Positions 56,337 to 64,000 of a DNA stretch of 64,000 nucleotides are shown in pieces (the stretch's first letter is position 1; each line of letters opens with the position of its first letter). The translations under genes and the position numbers were made by a program. The stretch comes from Candidatus Bathyarchaeota archaeon (GTDB lineage Archaea; Thermoproteota; Bathyarchaeia; Bathyarchaeales; Bathycorpusculaceae): the NCBI GenBank assembly GCA_963832745.1, contig CAWHVC010000003.1:480001-544000 (forward strand), read 5' to 3'. The notes under the pieces were generated by a model. That model did no database searches. It saw only the letters and a program-made list of their open reading frames with translations, and was not told the DNA's origin.

Positions 56337-58028
56337 TTGGTTGACTTGGATGATTTAGAGGGACTACTAAACGGGCAAAAAATAGCTTACTTCTCAATGG
56401 AAATCGGTGTAGCAAGCGAAATTCCCACATACTCAGGAGGCCTTGGGGTTCTTGCAGGCGATACTTTGCGTTCAAGCGCTGATCTTAGGATTCCAATTGT
56501 CGCAGTAACTTTGCTTAGTAAGAAAGGGTTTTTCCGTCAAGAATTAACCTCTGAAGGAAAACAAATTGAATACCGCCAAGATTGGGAACCATCCAAATAC
56601 ATGAAAGTGTTGGATCAAGAGGTAACGGTGCTAATACAGGGTAGAACAGTCAAAATCCAAGCATGGCTCTATGAAATAAAGAGCTTAATCGGCGGAATAG
56701 TTCCAGTATTATTCCTTGACACAGATGTTGAAGGAAATGCGCCTGAGGACCAAGAAATCACCTCCTACCTATATGGGGGTGACCAAAAATATCGGGTTAA
56801 GCAGGAAATCGTGTTAGGCATCGGCGGTGTAAGGATGCTGGATGCTTTGGGGTTTAATGTACGTAAATATCACATTAATGAGGGTCACGCAAGCTTTTTG
56901 GCGCTTGAACTCTTGCAAAAGAACGGTATAAGTCCAGAAAAAGTGCGTGAACTATGCGTTTTTACAACTCATACTCCTGTTGAGTCAGGACATGACAAAT
57001 TCAGTTACGATTTAGTAAAAGAGGTTCTTGATGGCACAACAGACATGAATGTGCTAAAAACATACGGTGGAACCGACGCGTTAAACATGACGCTGTTGGC
57101 GTTGAATCTGAGCAAATATGTTAATGGTGTAGCTAAACAGCATCAACGTGTATCTGAGAAAATGTTTGGAGGCGGCTACAAAATTCACGCAATCACCAAC
57201 GGCATACACTCCTTCACTTGGACTGGTTATAGCTTCAGAAAACTTTACGACCAATACCTGCCTGGATGGGCAAATGAGCCTGAACTTCTTGCACGCATCG
57301 CCGACGGTATACCTAACGAGGAAATCTGGCGTGCACACAAAGAGCAAAAAAAGCTTCTCATCGATTACGTTAACAATTTAACCAAGGCTGACTTGGACTA
57401 TGATGTGTTCACGATTGGTTTTGCACGCCGTGCTACAGAATACAAACGTGCTTACCTTCTGTTTTCGGACCTTGAACGCCTAAGAGGCATCGGCAAAAAG
57501 CACAAAATTCAACTCATATTCGCCGGAAAGGCACATCCTAAAGACATTCAAGGCAAAAAATTAATCGAGCAACTCTTTAACTATGCAAACCAGCTAAAAC
57601 CTGACATAAAAATGGTTTACCTGCCTAACTATGATATTGACATGGCTAAAAAAATGTTGGGCGGTGTTGACGTTTGGCTTAACACGCCTCTTAAACCTCT
57701 TGAGGCTTCAGGAACCAGTGGAATGAAGGCAGCCCACAATGGCGTACTTAACTTTAGCGTCTTGGATGGTTGGTGGATTGAAGGTTGGATTGAATGCGTT
57801 ACAGGCTGGTGTATTGGTTCTTTGCCAGACGAATGCTTGGAAACGCCTGATTGCATAACAAAAGAAGTTGCTGACATTTACAACAAACTTGAATACGTAA
57901 TACTTCCCACATATTACGAGCGGCTTGATGATTGGACAAGAATGATGAAGAACTCAGTTGGTAAAATCGCTTATTACTTTAATAGCCATAGAATGATGCG
58001 TAGATACGTAACAGAAGCTTACCTGTAA
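56337..58028 (+). CDS. glgP: Alpha-glucan phosphorylase
   Basis: AYFSMEIG, YSGGLGVLAGD, NEGH, FARRATEYKR and EASGTSGMKA. Confidence 0.95.
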   Translation: MVDLDDLEGLLNGQKIAYFSMEIGVASEIPTYSGGLGVLAGDTLRSSADLRIPIVAVTLLSKKGFFRQELTSEGKQIEYRQDWEPSKYMKVLDQEVTVLIQGRTVKIQAWLYEIKSLIGGIVPVLFLDTDVEGNAPEDQEITSYLYGGDQKYRVKQEIVLGIGGVRMLDALGFNVRKYHINEGHASFLALELLQKNGISPEKVRELCVFTTHTPVESGHDKFSYDLVKEVLDGTTDMNVLKTYGGTDALNMTLLALNLSKYVNGVAKQHQRVSEKMFGGGYKIHAITNGIHSFTWTGYSFRKLYDQYLPGWANEPELLARIADGIPNEEIWRAHKEQKKLLIDYVNNLTKADLDYDVFTIGFARRATEYKRAYLLFSDLERLRGIGKKHKIQLIFAGKAHPKDIQGKKLIEQLFNYANQLKPDIKMVYLPNYDIDMAKKMLGGVDVWLNTPLKPLEASGTSGMKAAHNGVLNFSVLDGWWIEGWIECVTGWCIGSLPDECLETPDCITKEVADIYNKLEYVILPTYYERLDDWTRMMKNSVGKIAYYFNSHRMMRRYVTEAYL

Positions 58029-58145
58029 GTGCTAGTTTGTTTGTTGTACATTAAAACAGGCATTGACTTTTGGTTTTTTGCTGTTTTTTCTTTAATTTGG
58101 CTGCTTTTTGTAAGGGGTACTAGCGTTTTTTACCGAAACGGTTAA

Positions 58146-59267
58146 ATGCTGACTTGCTGCTTGGCTCCCGAAAACGCTGGTAATATGATGACTTCAGATA
58201 CGCTACAGGTTGGCGGTGGCAAGCCACAGTCACATTCCATCTCAGAATTAAGCATACTCAAAATCCTATCCTTAATCCTGCTTATCTTTGTCCACAGCGA
58301 CCTAATCATTGCATACCCCAAAGTCATGTACCCCATCCAATGGTTCCTGCTAAGCGTGTTTTTCTTCATCGGCGGCTATCTTGCATACTCTTCATTTCAA
58401 AAACGTGGAAAAAGCCTAAAAACATTCTTCAAAAACAAAGCCTTAACACTGTACATTCCATTCGTTGTAGCAGTAGTATTCTACCTGACCTTGGAAGTGG
58501 CAATGGGTGTACAACTAAATCCTCTAAATGTGTTTTCTCAAATATCAATGCTAAACGTTTTTGACAAAATAAATTCCGTTAACAATTGGGGAACATTATG
58601 GTTCATTCCGTTTCTATTACTATTCATGGGTATCACCTGTATACTTGAACGATACGTTAAAAGCACAAAACGGCAACTCTTCACAATCTCCACACTATTA
58701 GCATTCACTGCTATTTTTTGGCTCTATGAAACCCCATTAAAACTTGACTCACTCTTCAGCCAATACCTGCTAGTCTTTGTTTTTGGCTTCTATGTAAGTA
58801 AATTCGGCTTATACGAAAAAATTATTAACCCAAAAATGGCTTTTGTCGCCGTCCCGCTGGTTGCTTTTTTTGCTTTTGACTTTTCAGGTTTCTTTAACTA
58901 TAACAGCATTCTTAACGCTCTACAAGCACAGATTTACTTCAACTGCCGCAGCGTGCTGTTAACAATGGGCCTAGTAGTTTTAGCCTTGGTGGTTTTAAGA
59001 AAAATAAAAATGCCCGTACGCGGACTTGGAAAACAAATAGCAGACCATAGTGCACTCATCTACCTTTATGAGCCCTTCATTAGTTTCATAATTCTAAACT
59101 ATGGGTTCGGTCAAAGCGAGGCTTTCTTCGCAAGCGGCATAATGTTTTATTTTTACCAAGCAACAAGAATCACTGTTCTGCTTGTAATTATCCCGTTTGG
59201 GTTCCTTGTTTGGAATAACCGCAAGAACCTGCCGAACCTAAGTATCCTCCTAAAAGGCAAGTTTTAA
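58146..59267 (+). CDS. Acyltransferase-3-like polytopic membrane protein
   Basis: LKILSLILLIFVH, FFFIGGY, LWFIPFL and SALIYLYEP; about 10 TM helices; start uncertain. Confidence 0.7.
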   Translation: MLTCCLAPENAGNMMTSDTLQVGGGKPQSHSISELSILKILSLILLIFVHSDLIIAYPKVMYPIQWFLLSVFFFIGGYLAYSSFQKRGKSLKTFFKNKALTLYIPFVVAVVFYLTLEVAMGVQLNPLNVFSQISMLNVFDKINSVNNWGTLWFIPFLLLFMGITCILERYVKSTKRQLFTISTLLAFTAIFWLYETPLKLDSLFSQYLLVFVFGFYVSKFGLYEKIINPKMAFVAVPLVAFFAFDFSGFFNYNSILNALQAQIYFNCRSVLLTMGLVVLALVVLRKIKMPVRGLGKQIADHSALIYLYEPFISFIILNYGFGQSEAFFASGIMFYFYQATRITVLLVIIPFGFLVWNNRKNLPNLSILLKGKF

Positions 59268-59294
59268 TACAGATTTTTTAGTAGCAGCGTCAGA

Positions 59295-60275
59295 TTGTTA
59301 AGGCAGGACAATCTGGCAAATAGAGTGATAACTGCTTTGAAGTACCGTTATCTTGTAGCTGTCGTCGTCTTTATCTTACTGATAGCGGTAAGTCTGTTCA
59401 TTTTTTTAGGCCCCCCCGAGCTTGAAGAGAAAGCGTTGCTTCCAGAAATCACCCCCTATACCAAACGAACTGCAATTCCCTACGAGAATGATTCAAACTC
59501 TTATCACCAGTTAGACGTATATCTTCCTGAAGGTGAGGGTCCTTTTCCAGCATTAATTTATGTTCACGGAGGCGGATGGGTGCAAGGCAACCGTACTGAC
59601 TTTAACAAAATAGCTGCACTTTATGCTAAGCGTGGCATAGCAGGCTTTTCAATAGACTACACACTATCTACCGAAAACAATACCGCTTGGCCGCAAGACA
59701 TTAACGATGTCATAGCTGCTTTAGAGTTTGTCAGGAAAAACGCTGACTTTTACCATGTTAACGCCGAAAAAATTGCGTTAATGGGTAGCAGTGCAGGTGC
59801 ACAGTTAGTTTCGCTTGTTGGAACACTTAGCGGCAACGAATCCTTCATTTCAACGCCAACGCAGGAGCCCCTTAAGAGTCAAGTCTGCTTAGTAATCAAC
59901 TATGACGGAGCCACGGATTTGGAGTATATTGGTGAAAACTTTAGTCCTTACTTGATTTACAATATAGTTACAAGCGGTTTTGGTAACATATCCTACTCCG
60001 AGAACCCAGCTTTGTGGCGGCAAGCTTCGCCAGCAACCTACATCTCAAGTGATGAACCACCTTTCGTGTTTGTGCACGGTACCAAAGACGTGGTTGTGCC
60101 TATAGCTGTGGCTGAATCTTTTAACAATAAACTGCAAAACGCCGGTGTAGAAACCTACTTTATACGCGTAGATGGAGACCATGACGTATTAACTAGCGAT
60201 GAATTAAACCTGCAGGCACGTTATCAGCTTGACCCCTTGCTGTCTAAAGCATTTGACCTAAAAATCAGCGCTTAA
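59295..60275 (+). CDS. Membrane-anchored alpha/beta hydrolase (esterase)
   Basis: HGGGW oxyanion motif, GSSAG nucleophile, HGTKDVVVP and GDH; N-terminal TM. Confidence 0.9.
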   Translation: MLRQDNLANRVITALKYRYLVAVVVFILLIAVSLFIFLGPPELEEKALLPEITPYTKRTAIPYENDSNSYHQLDVYLPEGEGPFPALIYVHGGGWVQGNRTDFNKIAALYAKRGIAGFSIDYTLSTENNTAWPQDINDVIAALEFVRKNADFYHVNAEKIALMGSSAGAQLVSLVGTLSGNESFISTPTQEPLKSQVCLVINYDGATDLEYIGENFSPYLIYNIVTSGFGNISYSENPALWRQASPATYISSDEPPFVFVHGTKDVVVPIAVAESFNNKLQNAGVETYFIRVDGDHDVLTSDELNLQARYQLDPLLSKAFDLKISA

Positions 60276-60314
60276 ACCATAAGCTGGGTTTTTTAAAAAC
60301 TATTTTGGTTGGTT

Positions 60315-60392
60315 TGGTGCTCCGGCCGGGATTCGGACCCGGGTCTTCGGCTCGAAAGGCCGGAATACTTGACCGGACTATACTACCGGAGC
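60315..60392 (-). tRNA. tRNA-Glu(TTC), CCA encoded
   Basis: GCTCCGG/CCGGAGC acceptor, anticodon loop CT-TTC-GA, T-stem CCGGG/CCCGG and 3' ACCA. Confidence 0.92.
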
Positions 60393-60464
60393 GCTCTACA
60401 AATAGAAGCATCAAGCAAAATATAATTACCCATGAATAAACCTTACCCTTCCAAAATCAAGCTT

Positions 60465-60983
60465 TTAACTCTCAGGTTGTTGCTGCTTGGATTTTTTAGG
60501 CTTAAAGAGAAACGCTGTTATTTGCTCGATTAGCTTGGTTTGGCTTTGCAGGGTTTTTTCTAATTCGGCAACGCGTTTTTCGATGTCGTTTGAAATGATT
60601 TTTCCTTCAATACGGTTTGCGCTACGGAACATTAACAGCATCTTGAAGACTTCAGAAATGGCTTTTTGCTGTTCCTCGTTGGATGCCGGTTTTACTCCTG
60701 CACAAACCAGCAGTAAGTCAACATAGTGTTCCTTGATTTTAAGTTCTGCGCTTACTGATGGGTCTTTAGGAAACGCGATGCTTAGTGGGGTTTGTTTGCT
60801 AAGTTCACTAGCGGTGGGGAACCGGATGATGATGTCTCCTCTTATCCATGAAGTAACAAATTCATCAACAATTCTGCGAACGTCTTTATCGTTATAAAGT
60901 GCAGCTGACGGCTCAGACTTCTTCTTTATTCTGACACGAATTATTTTGTTTTCTTCGGGATTTGCTATGTTATTTTGCGCCAA
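60465..60983 (-). CDS. Hypothetical protein with C-terminal coiled coil
   Basis: 172-aa ORF; IEKRVAELEKTLQSQTKLIEQI. Confidence 0.65.
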   Translation of the reverse strand: MAQNNIANPEENKIIRVRIKKKSEPSAALYNDKDVRRIVDEFVTSWIRGDIIIRFPTASELSKQTPLSIAFPKDPSVSAELKIKEHYVDLLLVCAGVKPASNEEQQKAISEVFKMLLMFRSANRIEGKIISNDIEKRVAELEKTLQSQTKLIEQITAFLFKPKKSKQQQPES

Positions 60984-61062
60984 TCTTTGCCCCTTCCACG
61001 CAAACTGTACGTTTAATTCATCTTAAGCATGACTAGTATATAAGAAAAGCATACAGAGAAAC

Positions 61063-62343
61063 CTAAAATGAAATTTTTGCAGCATAGGGAACGTTGCCCA
61101 AAATCTTAACCGTGGCCTTCTCAACAGTTTCACGTTTCTCCTCGTCAGTGTAGACGCGGATGATGTTCATGAAGCCTTTAAGGGTCTCAAAAATTTTTGA
61201 GCTCTCACTTAGTTTTTGCAGGGCACGTTTGCCTTTAGGATTCTTTGTAAATACTGGAATTTCCATTGACTCCATCAATACCGCGTGATGATAGGGCACC
61301 GATGGCACAGTTGGAACGTCAATAGTCACAGATTCAATATCAACGCCTGCTTCCTTGGCGATTTCGCTTCTAACCTGCGTACGGTAAGATTCTCTGCCAA
61401 ACAAATTAGAAACCATATCATCCTTCTCATAAAAGGTTCGTTCGTAAGCGCACTTTATCATTCTGCGGCGTTCCAGATTCTCAATTATGCCTTTGGAGGC
61501 TTTGCATTTTTTTAGTGCAGACCAAACGGTGTAATCGTCAAGCTGCATGTACTCTTCAGGAGTCTCAAAACTGGTTAAACCCAATTCACTGTTGGCTTTA
61601 TCCATGGCGGAGGCAAGCATTATCTGTGCGGCTCTTCCCATGCGGTGAAAATAGATGCTTTTAAAAGATTCAATGCGGGCAATCATGAAAGCTTCTAAAG
61701 CCGAAAGCGCGCCCAACTCGACAGCTAAGTTTTCACCTAAAACATCAAGGGCATGTATTAACCGGTAAACATCTATGAATCCATATTCGGCGCCTGTGTG
61801 GTAGGTGTCTCTTAAGATGAAATCCATCTTGTCGACGTCTACGGCGCTGCTGATGATTTGGTCAAGAAACGCTTTTCCGGGTTTTTGCTGTTTTCCTACT
61901 GCAAGCTTACCTACTTCAGAGGGGTTATATCCTAGTTTGGAGAGTTTGTCGGCGACTTCACTTTTCTCGACTATCCAAGTCGTAAGGTCCTCATGGGTTT
62001 TGTGCAAGTCCTTAAGCAGTAGGTGTTCAAACACGTGCGAGAAAGGTCCATGTCCGCAATCGTGGAGTAATGCGCTGATTCGGGTCATATCTACTTCTTC
62101 TTCGGTGACAACTTGAGAAATATGTGGATTCTCAAGAACATTGCCTGCCAAGAACATTACGCCAAGGCAGTGTTCGAAACGTGTGTGGTTGGCGCCGGGG
62201 TACACGTATTCGGAGCCTGCAAGCTGCCGTATCCTTCGTAACCTTTGCATTGGGTAAGTGTCAATTACATCTTTTTCTGCCTGTGTAATGTACACGTAAC
62301 CGTGCACTGGATCTTTGATTTCTCCCCAGTAAGCCTTCGGCAT
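61063..62343 (-). CDS. HD-domain phosphohydrolase (dNTP triphosphohydrolase/SAMHD1-like)
   Basis: IKDPVHG, QRLRRIRQL, HTRFEHCLG, LLHDCGHGPFSH and DVDKMDFILRD. ATG 62343 preferred. Confidence 0.92.
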   Translation of the reverse strand: MPKAYWGEIKDPVHGYVYITQAEKDVIDTYPMQRLRRIRQLAGSEYVYPGANHTRFEHCLGVMFLAGNVLENPHISQVVTEEEVDMTRISALLHDCGHGPFSHVFEHLLLKDLHKTHEDLTTWIVEKSEVADKLSKLGYNPSEVGKLAVGKQQKPGKAFLDQIISSAVDVDKMDFILRDTYHTGAEYGFIDVYRLIHALDVLGENLAVELGALSALEAFMIARIESFKSIYFHRMGRAAQIMLASAMDKANSELGLTSFETPEEYMQLDDYTVWSALKKCKASKGIIENLERRRMIKCAYERTFYEKDDMVSNLFGRESYRTQVRSEIAKEAGVDIESVTIDVPTVPSVPYHHAVLMESMEIPVFTKNPKGKRALQKLSESSKIFETLKGFMNIIRVYTDEEKRETVEKATVKILGNVPYAAKISF

Positions 62344-62433
62344 AAACTCTGCGCCTTTTTTGTGTTTGCAAGTTATATTTAGGGGGCTCCCTATAATGGT
62401 TAACGCTAAAAGCCAAATTGGGTAAGGCATGAC

Positions 62434-63030
62434 ATGACCATGAAAGGGATATTTATCTGCATTGAAGGTTTAGACGGAAGCGGAAAATCCACCCAAGCCA
62501 AACTGTTAACAAAAAAACTTTGTAAATCAGGCTACAACGCCGTCTTCACTGCAGAACCCAGCCAAGGAAAAATAGGCAAATTCATACGCAAACGCCTATT
62601 CGAACAAGAACGCATGCCCACAACTGTCGAGGCGCTGCTTTTTGCTGCTGACAGAATCGAGCACATACAAAAAACGGTTGAACCCGCTTTGAAAGAGGGC
62701 AAAATCGTGGTTTCCGACCGTTACGTTTACTCTTCGCTTGCGTATCAGGGCAGTGCAGGTTTAAACTTGGACTGGATAGAAACTATAAACATGCACGCTC
62801 AAAGGCCCGATCTTTCGATTTTCATAGATGTTGCACCCGAGGTGGTTTTGGAGCGGCTTAAACGCAAAAAATCTGTGATGGAAGTCCTGCAGACCCAGCG
62901 GAAGGTCTACGCAATTTACAAGAAATATCTTGAAAAAGGTGAGCTTAAACGTGTTGACGGCGCAAAAAGCAAGAGTGAAGTTTTAGAAACGCTATATTCT
63001 GAGGTTACCAGTTTTTTGAAGAAAAATTAG
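62434..63030 (+). CDS. tmk: Thymidylate kinase
   Basis: IEGLDGSGKST, LLFAADR and DRYVYSSLAYQG. Confidence 0.96.
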   Translation: MTMKGIFICIEGLDGSGKSTQAKLLTKKLCKSGYNAVFTAEPSQGKIGKFIRKRLFEQERMPTTVEALLFAADRIEHIQKTVEPALKEGKIVVSDRYVYSSLAYQGSAGLNLDWIETINMHAQRPDLSIFIDVAPEVVLERLKRKKSVMEVLQTQRKVYAIYKKYLEKGELKRVDGAKSKSEVLETLYSEVTSFLKKN

Positions 63031-63053
63031 GCCCAAAAAAGTGGGCTGATTAT

Positions 63054-64000
63054 TTAGTCTTCTCTCCATTTGAACAGTTTTACTGCCAACACGAAGATGA
63101 CTGCTGTTATTATGCCCAGTACTGCAATGTCGATGAGTGCGTTTGGTATGTTGTTGTAAACCATGACGTTGTTTAAGCCTTCAGTAACGTAGAATAGTGG
63201 CAGGACGTGCGCGAAGGTTTGTAGGTATTCTGGCATGGCGCTGATTGGGAAAAAGGTGCCTGCAAGGAACATCATTGGGAAGGTTACGATGTTGCCGATG
63301 ACTCCTGCGGTTTCTGGATTCTTAGTTACTGTACCGACTAGCATACCTAAAGCGGCAAACAACATTGGACCCAAAACTAGGAAGGGTATCAGCCAAAGGG
63401 ATAATGTGACGTGTGCCCCGAAAGCAAATACTCCTACACCAACCATGAGTATGAAACCGGCAACTGTCAATAGAATGTAGAACATTACTTTAGAGATTAG
63501 CCATTCCATCTTTGTTAGTGGGGTTAGTGAGAGTTGTTTGAAGAGTTTGTTTTTCTTGTATTCAGAGGATATGTTGACGAGCGAGAACATTGGGCTTGTA
63601 AGGATAGAGAAGCCGATTAAGCCTGGAATAAGGAAGTCAATGTACGCCGTTTGTTGGGTGTTGACGGTGGCTGAAGTAGTGCCTATCACCATGGTTCCGT
63701 TGAAACGCTGTAAATTGAAGTAGTTGGCGTATCCACCGACCGTTCCACTGACTATTCCGCTTGTACTAGACGCTGGATTACCATAAACTGTAACGTTAAC
63801 ATGCTGCCCCGCTATGTAATCTGCCGTGAAATTTGAGGGAATAACTATCCCGTCTGACGCCGAATGCGCCGCCAAGTAATCAGCAAAGTTTTCTGAAGCA
63901 TTCACTGTTATAACTTGAACTGTCGAAGACTCATTTAACGCTGTTAAGAAGTTGTCACCGATGTTTTGACCGTAGGCGCCTGTGTCTTGGTTTTGAGCAT
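63054..64000 (-). CDS. ABC-2 type transporter permease, 5'-truncated by the window edge
   Basis: YIDFLIPGLIG, LSLTPL and FPMMFLAGTFFP; frame appears to continue to the window end. Confidence 0.9.
   Translation of the reverse strand, partial: AQNQDTGAYGQNIGDNFLTALNESSTVQVITVNASENFADYLAAHSASDGIVIPSNFTADYIAGQHVNVTVYGNPASSTSGIVSGTVGGYANYFNLQRFNGTMVIGTTSATVNTQQTAYIDFLIPGLIGFSILTSPMFSLVNISSEYKKNKLFKQLSLTPLTKMEWLISKVMFYILLTVAGFILMVGVGVFAFGAHVTLSLWLIPFLVLGPMLFAALGMLVGTVTKNPETAGVIGNIVTFPMMFLAGTFFPISAMPEYLQTFAHVLPLFYVTEGLNNVMVYNNIPNALIDIAVLGIITAVIFVLAVKLFKWRED

Noticed and set aside
62190-62200. 11-bp match to the tRNA-Ser 3' end (CCCCGGCGCCA) as an att site
   Set aside because: It is inverted relative to the tRNA and lies in the conserved YPGANH codons of the HD gene, so it is most likely chance.

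Overview
Archaeal chromosomal window, most likely Bathyarchaeia or a related TACK lineage. This assignment is an inference from PolD small subunit, Cdc6, archaeal ribosomal and aIF2 genes, Fae-Hps and frequent TTG starts. The window contains a probable replication origin: three 25-bp ORB elements and an AT-rich unwinding element upstream of cdc6. Directly beside it are three uncharacterised helix-turn-helix genes, one a membrane-anchored coiled-coil winged-HTH protein. They are interleaved with dense, partly helically phased arrays of two short motifs (RTCAC and TTCACA). This is the best candidate for an undescribed system, possibly an origin-tethering or segregation module. The remainder holds two tRNAs, an atypical P-type ATPase next to PPK2, a TreYZ/TreT/MalQ/GH57 glucan-trehalose cluster, an MgtE-like/TrkA-C operon with a structured leader, two ribosomal/translation operons, an HTH-fused Fae-Hps with TGTCGG repeats at its own promoter, and envelope-modifying genes. 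Three genes appear frameshifted at short repeats. No CRISPR array, integrase or transposase was recognised. All calls come from reading the sequence; no database search was run.
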